Positions 18,515-26,818 of a stretch of 64,000 nucleotides of DNA are shown here, one piece after another. This DNA is from Desulfosudaceae bacterium (GTDB taxonomy: Bacteria > Desulfobacterota > Desulfobacteria > Desulfobacterales > Desulfosudaceae), in NCBI GenBank assembly GCA_963674745.2, contig CAXXDV010000003.1, positions 992,001 through 1,056,000 of the forward strand, given 5' to 3'. Each line of letters opens with the position of its first letter. The stretch's first letter is position 1. The translations under genes were made by a program, and so were the position numbers. Under the pieces are notes generated by a model. It saw only the letters and a list, made by a program, of their open reading frames with translations. It searched no databases and had not been told where the DNA came from.

Positions 18515-19186
18515 ATGCGAATTCTAATAGTCGATGATGACCAAAAACTATGTGATGTGTTGAAACGCGGTCTGGAAGAAGAAGCATACGCCGTTGATTG
18601 TGTATTTAACGGTGACGACGGGGAATATTACGCTGAAAACACCCCTTATGATCTTATTATATTAGATGTTATGATGCCGAAAAAAAATGGGACTGATGTT
18701 TGTAAATATCTTCGCCAGAAAAAAATAAACACATGCATCCTCATGCTTACGGCAAAAGATGCCGTGGAGGATCGTGTCAAAGGGCTCAATAGCGGGGCGG
18801 ATGATTATTTGATAAAACCCTTTTCATTTGATGAATTACTGGCAAGGGTGAGAGCTCTTTTAAGGCGTGATGGCGTTTCAAAATCATCTGAGTTAAAGGC
18901 TGATGACCTGTCACTTAATACTACAACGCGCGAAGTGAGGTGGAAAGAACAACTTATTAATCTGACAACTAAGGAATATTCAATTCTTGAATACCTGATG
19001 AGCAATCCCAATGCTGTTATAACTCGGACAATGATTGAAGAACATGCATGGGATTATGAGTTGGATAGCATATCAAATTTGGTCGATGTTTACATTCGAC
19101 GGATAAGACAGAAAATTGATCCGGAACAAGGTAAAAAAATCATTCAAACCATCCGTGGGGCCGGTTACCGGATAAACGTCTTATGA
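18515..19186 (+). CDS. OmpR/PhoB family response regulator
   Basis: ILIVDDD, LDVMMP, LTAKD, GADDYLIKPF, winged helix QTIRGAGY. Confidence 0.95.
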   Translation: MRILIVDDDQKLCDVLKRGLEEEAYAVDCVFNGDDGEYYAENTPYDLIILDVMMPKKNGTDVCKYLRQKKINTCILMLTAKDAVEDRVKGLNSGADDYLIKPFSFDELLARVRALLRRDGVSKSSELKADDLSLNTTTREVRWKEQLINLTTKEYSILEYLMSNPNAVITRTMIEEHAWDYELDSISNLVDVYIRRIRQKIDPEQGKKIIQTIRGAGYRINVL

Positions 19187-20715
19187 AATTCCTTCACAGT
19201 ATTACCTTCCGCGTCACACTCTGGTACCTGGCGATACTTGGTGTAATGATGGTGCTACTTGGAATCGGTGTTTATGTGACCCTTTCCAACAGGTTGTATC
19301 ATCATCTTGATGTATCCCTTAAAGAGAGAGCCGAGCACCTTTCCGAGTTCCGCGATGTTCTGTCCATCATTGCCGGAGGAATGTTTGAAGACCAAGCGGG
19401 GGAGTATATTACTTTTTACTATTACGAGGGTAACCGGTTAAAGCATATCGCTCCTAAAGATAATGTATTCCCGATGACAAGAGAAGTGATCGACCGTGTA
19501 TTATCAGGAGAAACGCTGTTTGAAAATGTTGATATACCTCAAAAAGGATTGTTTCGGGTTCTCATTTCCTCATTCACGCCAGATAATCCTGTAGTCAGAC
19601 CAGATCAATTCAGGAGAGAAAGACAACAGCCTAATTATGAACGAAGGAGAGATGGAGGATTTAAATCTCCCCCTCGTCGTGATGACAGACCCAATAGACC
19701 ACCTCCCCCTGACTATAAAGAAAGATATGATCCCAGAATGAAGGTTACATCAGCGGCTCTTGTTATTGCACGCCCCACTAAGGATATAGAAAGTGTTCTC
19801 AGACAACTTTTTCATATTCTGGTAATCGCCATCCCTTTGACACTGCTGTTGGCCGGTGGAGGCGGAATTTTTTTGGCACATCGGGCATTAACCCCGGTGA
19901 AAAGGATCTCAGACACAGCGCGTCAAATTGAAGAAAGCGATTTGAGTCGTCGCATTGATGTGCGCACAAAGGACGAACTGGGCTTTCTTGCCGAAACTCT
20001 CAACCAGATGATCGAAAGACTGGAAAATGCATTCAAACGACAGAAAGAATTCACCAGCGATGCATCACATGAACTTCGTGGTCCCCTTGCCGTGATCCAG
20101 GCAGAAGCTTCATTGTCTCTCCGCAAAGCGCGGGAACCACAGGAATATAAAAAAACGCTTAAAGTGATTTCCGGTGAAGCTGAACGTATGGCTTTTTTAA
20201 CCAATCAGCTTCTTGAACTTGCCCGGATGGATGCCGATAAGGAGCCTGATGTATCTGAATCAATAAACTTGAAAGAATTTCTTCAGAACATCTGTTCCGA
20301 TATAACAATTTTATGTCAAGAAAAGAACCTGGAATTACAGACACATCTTTTAAGTCAAGTTCAGATTAAAGGGGATCGAAAAAGTTTACAAAGAATGTTT
20401 TTTAACATTTTGAATAATGCAATTAAGTATACGAAAGAAGGCGGGACAATTCGTCTTGCTTTGGAAGAAAAAGACCACATGGCCGAGGTCTCTATTTCAG
20501 ACACGGGAATTGGTATACAAAAGGAAAGTTTGCCATATATTTTTGAGAGATTTTATCGTGTTGATAAAGCAAGATCCCGCAGTGAAGGAGGAAGCGGTTT
20601 GGGTCTCTCCATATGCAAACAGATCATTGATGTTCACAAGGGACGAATCGATGTTAACAGCCAAATGGGTAAAGGGAGCACCTTCACCATTAAATTGCCT
20701 ATTATAACAAATTAG
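19183..20715 (+). CDS. Sensor histidine kinase (2 TM, HAMP, HisKA, HATPase)
   Basis: DASHELRGP H-box, NAIKY, DTGIG, GGSGLGL; Arg/Pro-rich periplasmic insert. Confidence 0.95.
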   Translation: MKFLHSITFRVTLWYLAILGVMMVLLGIGVYVTLSNRLYHHLDVSLKERAEHLSEFRDVLSIIAGGMFEDQAGEYITFYYYEGNRLKHIAPKDNVFPMTREVIDRVLSGETLFENVDIPQKGLFRVLISSFTPDNPVVRPDQFRRERQQPNYERRRDGGFKSPPRRDDRPNRPPPPDYKERYDPRMKVTSAALVIARPTKDIESVLRQLFHILVIAIPLTLLLAGGGGIFLAHRALTPVKRISDTARQIEESDLSRRIDVRTKDELGFLAETLNQMIERLENAFKRQKEFTSDASHELRGPLAVIQAEASLSLRKAREPQEYKKTLKVISGEAERMAFLTNQLLELARMDADKEPDVSESINLKEFLQNICSDITILCQEKNLELQTHLLSQVQIKGDRKSLQRMFFNILNNAIKYTKEGGTIRLALEEKDHMAEVSISDTGIGIQKESLPYIFERFYRVDKARSRSEGGSGLGLSICKQIIDVHKGRIDVNSQMGKGSTFTIKLPIITN

Positions 20716-20824
20716 ATCAGCTATTCCAGATTATGTCTATTTCGACATTGGGCTTTTTCTGAGGATGAGGATTGACGAATTCAATATGCTGAATTAGGGG
20801 TTATGGATAAATCTTCAACGTTTC

Positions 20825-21060
20825 TTGACGGCTTTTTAGACGGCTTTTAACGCCCGTAAACGGCTTTTGGTGGTCGAAAAAGCCAATAAAATCAAGTAGA
20901 ATACGCTTTGGAACGCTCTGTCACGCCGGAGGTCGCGAGTTCGAGTCTCGTCACTCCCGCCATTATACAAATCAAATCCAGTTGGTTATAAACTGCCTGG
21001 ATTTTTTGTTTTTACAGGTTATGGTCCAAGCGGCTTATTAGACGGCTTTTTTGACGGCTC
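20825..21060 (+). mobile_element. attP-like site with tRNA-Asp 3' half (20918-20962) and GACGGCTTT arm repeats on both sides
   Basis: ctgtcacgccggaggtcgcgagttcgagtctcgtcactcccgcca runs from anticodon loop (GTC) to CCA; arms at 20825, 20837, 20857 and 21028, 21039, 21051. Confidence 0.88.
20974..21007 (+). terminator. Intrinsic terminator after the tRNA-Asp fragment
   Basis: aaatccag...ctggattt followed by T-tract. Confidence 0.65.
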
Positions 21061-21244
21061 AAGCACAGTTTTTTCTCTCGCTTTATGTATGGCTTTTCTT
21101 ACAATAACAATCGGATATACAGGAGACGGTATCCGGTTAACATAGCCGGCGGTCGCCCTCCCCTTTCTTTGAAAGTACCTGTAAATCGAAATTATCAATC
21201 ATGAGCGAATAGCGATCTTTGGGTCGTGACGCCTTTTTTTGTGG

Positions 21245-21984
21245 GATAACGTACAATATTTTTCGCACATTTTTTAATGAAGAAGTAGCCCTCGATCTGG
21301 TAAGGGTTGGGTAGACCAAGACTCAACCACAAAACAGAAGGAGAGCTACGAATGCAGGATACCAAAAGGTGTGCGGGAAGCAAGGGTTTAAAATCAGGGC
21401 AAATAATCAAGATCGAGCAGGGGCAGTTAAAGAAGCACTTGGACAAGGTGGTCAGAGGGACGGTGGAGGAGACGTTGAACGCCTTGCTGGATGCTGAGGC
21501 GGATCAACTGTGTAAGGCCAGGCGATATGAACACACCAAAGCCCGCAGAGATACCCGGGCAGGATTTTATACCCGTAAGCTGGAGACAAAGGCCGGAGAG
21601 GTTGAGCTCAAGGTGCCCAAGTTGAGGACGCTGCCGTTTGAGACCGCCATTATCGAGCGTTACCGGAGACGGGAGAGTTCGGTAGAAGAAGCGCTGATAG
21701 AGATGTATCTGGCCGGCATATCGGTCAGGCGGGTGGAAGACATTACCGAGTCCTTGTGGGGAACAAGAGTCAGTCCTTCAACGGTAAGCAACCTGAACAA
21801 GAAAGTATACGGTCGTATCCGGAAGTGGCTCGAAGAACCGATCACCGGTGATTATGTATATGTTTTTTTGGACGGGATCTGGCTGAAGCGGTCCTGGGCC
21901 GGGGAAGTAAAGAACGTCAGCGTTCTGGTAGCGATAGGAGTTGACCGGTTCGGTTATCGCCAGGTATTGGGTGTTAAAGAAGGC
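21245..21984 (+). mobile_element. IS256-family element, left end and 5' half of transposase (ATG 21352), truncated
   Basis: FETAIIERYRRRESSVEEALIEMYLAGISVRRVEDIT and YVFLDG are IS256/mutator motifs; probable IRL near 21245-21270; C-terminal half and right end absent. Confidence 0.9.
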
Positions 21985-23084
21985 GGCATTTCTGTCCCTC
22001 CTGCCACCAGAAGCGGGTGGTGGAATTCGGCGAGTGGCTGTGCACGGATGTGCTCAAATCCGTTCCCCATCGGCAATGGGTATTCTCCATCCCCAAACGG
22101 CTGCGGCCCTGGTTTTCTCATGACAGAAAACTGCTGGCCGGGCTGTCACGGTGTGCCTGGAAGGTTTTCTGCCAATATCTGAAGCACTCTGTTCCGCATG
22201 ACGATGCCGTGCCCGGCGGCGTGGTGGCGGTGCAGACCTTTGGGGACTTCCAGAACTTTAACCCGCATCTGCACATTATCGCCACGGACGGCTGCTTTTA
22301 CGGGCAGGGGCAGTTCCAGGTGGGGAGCCAGCCGGTTGCTGATGACCTGACGCCGCTGTTCCGGCAGGAGGTGTTCAAGCTGCTCAAATCTTACGGCCTG
22401 TCGGAACGGGTCATAGAAAACATGATGGGCTGGCATCACAGCGGGTTTAATGTTTACTGCGGTCCGGCCATCTGGCCGGGCGACAACACCGGCGTCGAGA
22501 ACCTGGCCCGGTATATTATTCGGGCGGCTTTTTCTCAGGAGCGGATGCAATACATCCCGGCCTCAAGCGCATCCGACGGCCGGGCCAAAGTCATTTATCA
22601 GTCTAAAAACGGCCGCGAGCGCAAAGTGTTTCCGGCCCTGGACTGGCTGGCCCAAATGACCACGCACATCCCCAACCGCAGGGAACATATGGTCCGTTAT
22701 TATGGATACTACAGCAACAAGAGCCGGGGCCAGCGGAAAAAAGCGGACCAGGATGACGACATTGCCAACATCATCGAGACGGACCTGCCCAATAAGGCCT
22801 TCAGAAAATCCTGGGCGCGGCTGATACAGAAGATATATGAAGTTGATCCGCTGTTATGCCCCAAGTGCCAGGGGGAAATGAAGATCATCAGTTTTATAGA
22901 GGAGCAGGCCGTCATCAAGCAGATACTTCAGCACCTTGGTTTATGGGAGACCCGCAACAACGACCCGCCGACACCGCAACTGAATGTTGTCCGGGAACTG
23001 ACCTATCATCCTGCGCCTGACCAGGCACAGGATGATGACGGATACTGGCCACAGGTTCCCGATTATGGCTACTGGGCGGATTGA
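21981..23084 (+). pseudogene. IS91-family rolling-circle (Y2/HUH) transposase missing its N-terminus
   Basis: RRHFCPSC zinc-finger tail, FNPHLH HUH motif, LARYIIR, RYYGYYSN, DPLLCPKC. Confidence 0.9.
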
Positions 23085-23252
23085 TTATTTTAGAAATTCG
23101 GTCCCGGCGGCACAATAGAGCTGCCTCAAAAATCCCGCTTTTTCTGAAGTTTTTGTTGTCCTGACGGCTTTTGGGCTTTTTCTGCCTCACCTTGAAACGA
23201 CCTGCCAAATCCGCCCCAAACCGCACGTCAACATGTGGTGCCCTCAAAATCA

Positions 23253-23308
23253 TTGACACACAAACCCGGCCCTGCTATAGTTTACGACCATAAAAGCAAG
23301 TTCTTATC
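23253..23308 (+). promoter_or_regulatory. Outward sigma70 promoter and oriIS-like end of the IS91 element
   Basis: TTGACA-17-(TG-n)-TATAGT at 23253-23281; AAAAGCAAGTTCTTATC at 23292-23308 resembles the IS91/ISCR oriIS TTCCTAT end. Confidence 0.7.
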
Positions 23309-23382
23309 CATTTATCTGACCGACTTAAAGATACGCACCCGGCCAAGGCCGCGGCAAAAAGACAAACAATAATAATTCTCAT
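23309..23382 (-). pseudogene. 5' end of a lipoprotein gene interrupted by the IS91 end
   Basis: GGGAGG RBS, MRIIIVCLFAAALAGC lipobox, then runs into IS sequence. Confidence 0.6.
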
Positions 23383-23584
23383 GATTCCTCCCATGTTTTG
23401 AGTTTTTTAATAACCTCCGACCGGCCGGGTGCGGGCTGAATCCCCGGTCCCGACCGGCCGGGTGCCCCGGATGATTTTTTAATTTTAACTTTTTGGGAAA
23501 TCCTGTTATATAAATACGGAGAAGATGCGGAGAAGGAAAGAAGCAGATAAAAAAAAAATAAATACCTGAAAAATCAATAAAAAC

Positions 23585-23682
23585 TGGCGGAAGTGCATGG
23601 GAATCGAACCCACCCGGGACGGTGTTAGCGCCCCACACCGGATTTGAAGTCCGGGAGCATCACCAGAACGCTGCGCACTTCC
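23585..23682 (-). tRNA. selC: tRNA-Sec (UCA)
   Basis: 8-bp acceptor stem GGAAGTGC/GCACTTCC-GCCA, anticodon loop ctTCAaa, long variable arm, GTTCGATT T-loop. Confidence 0.97.
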
Positions 23683-23700
23683 ATGACCTGTTTTGTGCAT

Positions 23701-23729
23701 AAAGTAAACAGGAATGTGATATCTGTCAA
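23701..23729 (-). promoter_or_regulatory. sigma70 promoter of selC
   Basis: TTGACA-17-TACTTT on minus strand. Confidence 0.7.
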
Positions 23730-23759
23730 TGTATTTGTCTTTTTAAAAGGAAGGTTTTC

Positions 23760-24896
23760 ATGACGGTAAACACAAAGCGTCTGGCGGATACGTTCGACGC
23801 GCTGGTCAGAATTGACAGTGAATCAAGGGACGAGCGTGCGGTCTGTGAATTCATTTCCGGATTGTTTTCAAAGCTGGGCGCCCAGATCATAACCGATCAT
23901 TCACAGGCGCAAACCGGCAGCAACACCGGTAACCTGCTGGCACGGTTTGAGGGAAATCAGGGTCTGGAGCCCCTGCTGATCGGTGCGCACATGGATACGG
24001 TTACGCCGGGGCGGGGGATTATTCCGGTTTTCAAAGACGGGCTGTTCTCCAGCGAAGGTGATACCATTCTGGGCTCTGACGACAAGAGCGCCATTGCCAT
24101 CATGTATGAGGCCATGTGTGTGCTGCAAGAGGCCGGCGTTGATTTCTGCCCCCTGGAACTGGTTTTTACCGTGTGTGAAGAAATCGGTTTGATCGGTGCT
24201 AAACATTTTGATTTTTCCCTGTTGCGGGCCAAGAGCGGTTATATGCTGGATGCCTCAAACACGGCCGGTATCGTGACCCGGGCGCCGGCCGCCAATCGAC
24301 TGGAATTTGTGATTCACGGTAAAGATGCCCATGCCGGTGCCCATCCGGAAGACGGTGTCAATGCGATCTCAGTAGCCGCAAAAGCCATTGCCTGCCTTGA
24401 GCCCGGCCGGGTTGATGAAGAAACCACATTCAACATCGGCTTGATCCAGGGCGGTCAGGCGACTAACATTGTGCCGGCCCTGGTCACGGTCCGGGGAGAG
24501 GCCAGGAGTCAGCGGGATGACAAACTGGACGAGGTGACCGATCAGGTGGTAACGGTTTTTCGCGAAACGGTGGCCCGGGCGGCTGAACAGTCGAGGCATG
24601 AGGGATTCCCGTACCTCGAGGTTTCAGTCGTCAATGATTTTAAGAGTTTTTATATCCCGTCCGATCACCGGGTGGTCACAACCGCCGCCAGTGCCGCCCG
24701 TGTTCTGGGTTTCGATATGGTGGAAACCGTATCCGGCGGCGGGTCTGACGCCAATATATTCTTTCAGCACGGTATTACGGCCGGTGTACTGGGAACCGGT
24801 ATGAGGGATATTCATTCCGTACGCGAGAACGTTGCCCTTGATGACATGGCCCGGGCTACTGATCTGTTGATTGAAATCGTAAAAGCCTCTTCCTGA
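23760..24896 (+). CDS. M20 family metallopeptidase (PepT-like)
   Basis: AHMDTV, LGSDDKS, CEEIGL, GGGSDAN, IHSVRE. Confidence 0.93.
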   Translation: MTVNTKRLADTFDALVRIDSESRDERAVCEFISGLFSKLGAQIITDHSQAQTGSNTGNLLARFEGNQGLEPLLIGAHMDTVTPGRGIIPVFKDGLFSSEGDTILGSDDKSAIAIMYEAMCVLQEAGVDFCPLELVFTVCEEIGLIGAKHFDFSLLRAKSGYMLDASNTAGIVTRAPAANRLEFVIHGKDAHAGAHPEDGVNAISVAAKAIACLEPGRVDEETTFNIGLIQGGQATNIVPALVTVRGEARSQRDDKLDEVTDQVVTVFRETVARAAEQSRHEGFPYLEVSVVNDFKSFYIPSDHRVVTTAASAARVLGFDMVETVSGGGSDANIFFQHGITAGVLGTGMRDIHSVRENVALDDMARATDLLIEIVKASS

Positions 24897-24907
24897 TGTC
24901 AGTACCA

Positions 24908-25093
24908 CAGAGGTGGCGCGGCCGGGTTGGCCGGGCGGCGTTCCTCTACAACACCCATCAATACGTACCGCGTCCCGTAGGGGCACCCCCCTGTGGGTGC
25001 CCTCCATCAGGGCAGGCACAGGGGCCTGCCCCTACTACAATGTTTACCAGCGTCCTTCCGCGTCTCATAGGGGGTACCCCCCAGTTGGTGCCC
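24908..25093. repeat. GTAG-type REP/REPIN cluster
   Basis: gtaggggcacccccctgtgggtgccc...gggcaggcacaggggcctgcccctac (24977-25035) plus degenerate flanking units. Confidence 0.85.
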
Positions 25094-25125
25094 GTTCATT
25101 TCTTCCCAATGGAGAAAGATCCGGA

Positions 25126-25743
25126 TCAGTGGGCCGAATAGCTCTGCGGAAAGCTCTGGGGAACGCCTTCGAAGGGCGTCCGCTTTTTGGATTTGAGTGT
25201 TTTCGGGTCCCTTAACGTTTTCAAAATATCAATGCTTTCCTTCATACCCTTAAGATGACGGGCCATGCCAATGGCCAGGCCGGTGATGTTTGCCATGGCC
25301 TGGACAAAGTTGACATCTTCCAGCGTAAACTCCCATGGCTCGGCGGTATAGACCCGCAGGGCACCGATGACCCGGCCGCCGGTAACAATAGGAACGGAAA
25401 GGATCGAGGCGATACCCTCTTTTTCGGCTGCTTCCGGATACTGAATGCGGGGATCATCGCTGACATCATAAATCGCGACCGGACCGTCTTCCAGAGATGC
25501 GGCAATAGACTGCAAGGCGCTTAACGGTCCTTTGTTGATATATTCATCACTGAGGCCAAAGGAAGCTGCCACTTCCAGGGCATTGGTACTGCGATTAACG
25601 AGAAACAGGGTGCACCCTTTAACATCCAGGGCTGTCTTAATGCTTTCCACAGCCATTAACACGACCTCTTCAGGATCACGAGAATGAGAAATGGCGTTGG
25701 TAATTTTCAGTAATGTTTCATAATTGAGCATTTGTTTTTTCAT
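25126..25743 (-). CDS. Stand-alone GAF-domain protein
   Basis: LEVAASFGLS..DDPRIQYPEAAEKEGIASILSVPI..VIGALRVY. Confidence 0.9.
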   Translation of the reverse strand: MKKQMLNYETLLKITNAISHSRDPEEVVLMAVESIKTALDVKGCTLFLVNRSTNALEVAASFGLSDEYINKGPLSALQSIAASLEDGPVAIYDVSDDPRIQYPEAAEKEGIASILSVPIVTGGRVIGALRVYTAEPWEFTLEDVNFVQAMANITGLAIGMARHLKGMKESIDILKTLRDPKTLKSKKRTPFEGVPQSFPQSYSAH

Positions 25744-25999
25744 GTGCCCCCCTTATGGAATAATGACAAAAATTAATATTCCCACCATCTTTTTCGATGA
25801 TCCGGCTTCCATCAGATGGCCAACACGGGTGATGGAAGCCGCAAGTGGCATAGCTTGAGCCGCATTTTTCCTCCTCTTAGACAGAGAGGCGTCTAAACGT
25901 AATTAACAGTGCTCGGGGGTGAGGCGGCTTTGTCGGATAGAACGCAGCTTAGGAAGATTTTCTGGTTGAGTGTCAGACCCCCCGGATCGTTTAACTTTA

Positions 26000-26028
26000 A
26001 TAATAGACCTGACTGACTGAAAAGGCAA
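26000..26028 (-). promoter_or_regulatory. sigma70 promoter giving a ~250-nt leader for the GAF gene
   Basis: TTGCCT-17-TATTAT on minus strand. Confidence 0.6.
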
Positions 26029-26213
26029 ATAAAAAACAGTAAGTCGAGCCTCCCAGGCACAAAAAATTACGACGCAATATCAGGCTATTTCAGCATTGTC
26101 GAGACACTGGGCAAAATCGACCGATTCTGCTTGATTATTCCGTTTGCATATAATAAATTTTTTAGTTTGAATATAACCGCGTGTGCGGGTCACCATAAGG
26201 AGGTAAGGACATT

Positions 26214-26774
26214 ATGAAAGATTACAAAATAAAGGATCTGATGGTTTCTCTTTCGGAGTACGCCACGGTATCCGAAGACGCGACGTTGTATGAGGCGGTG
26301 GTCGCTCTGGAAAATGCTCAGCAGAGTTTCAAGCAGGACCGATACCCGCATCGGGCTGTTCTCGTTTATGACAAAAATAAAAAAATTGTGGGGAAATTGG
26401 GGCTGCTTGATGTGCTCAAAGCCCTTGAACCAAAGTATTTTGAAATGCAGAACCGTCAGGGCATGACCGGGCTGGGTTTCAGCAAAAAGTTTATGAAATC
26501 CATGTTGGAAAATTTCCGGTTGCTTGACGGGGCCATGGAAAACATCTGCAGAAAAGCCGGGGAAACCAAAGTCAGCAAGATTATGGTCCAACCCACGGAA
26601 GGCGAATATGTTGATGTCGATGCTTCATTAAACGAAGCCATTCACCTGCTGGTTTTGGGACAGCATCAGTCCCTGCTGGTGACCGATAAGAACGGAGACA
26701 TTATCGGTGTTCTGAGGTTGACGGATATTTTCACCGACATTTGCCAGACAATGCATACATGTGGACTTTCATAA
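26214..26774 (+). CDS. CBS-domain protein
   Basis: AAGGAGG RBS; two CBS repeats (VSEDATLYEAV, VDVDASLNEAI..IIGVLRLTDI). Confidence 0.9.
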   Translation: MKDYKIKDLMVSLSEYATVSEDATLYEAVVALENAQQSFKQDRYPHRAVLVYDKNKKIVGKLGLLDVLKALEPKYFEMQNRQGMTGLGFSKKFMKSMLENFRLLDGAMENICRKAGETKVSKIMVQPTEGEYVDVDASLNEAIHLLVLGQHQSLLVTDKNGDIIGVLRLTDIFTDICQTMHTCGLS

Positions 26775-26818
26775 TTGCTATTTCCCCCCTTTTTGTAAGC
26801 TTAAGGAGGCTTTGATTC

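Noticed and set aside
20890..20962. Complete tRNA-Asp gene
   Set aside because: The 5' acceptor strand, D-arm and 5' anticodon stem are missing; only anticodon loop to CCA is present
21099..21170. 14-aa minus-strand peptide MLTGYRLLYIRLLL as a type I toxin
   Set aside because: RBS spacing is poor, it is too short to assign and no antisense RNA is evident
21307..22182. 291-aa ORF as an intact transposase
   Set aside because: After GVKEG it reads IS91 DNA out of frame; the DDE triad is incomplete
23162..23172. gacggctttt as another Asp-type arm site
   Set aside because: Single copy inside the IS91 3' region, 2 kb from the core; probably chance
1..23584. Tyrosine or serine integrase for the att sites
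   Set aside because: No ORF with R..HxxR..Y or serine-recombinase motifs; the 7260-7400 remnant was considered but lacks convincing motifs
23312..23700. 108-aa and 64-aa ORFs
   Set aside because: They overlap tRNA-Sec and att-arm DNA
24624..25215. ORFs across the REP cluster (also 52854-53308 and 59787-60235)
   Set aside because: Translations derive from REP and heptamer repeats; no protein-family features
26130..26150. sigma54 promoter for the CBS-DASS operon
   Set aside because: TTGC is present but the -24 GG is absent at the right spacing
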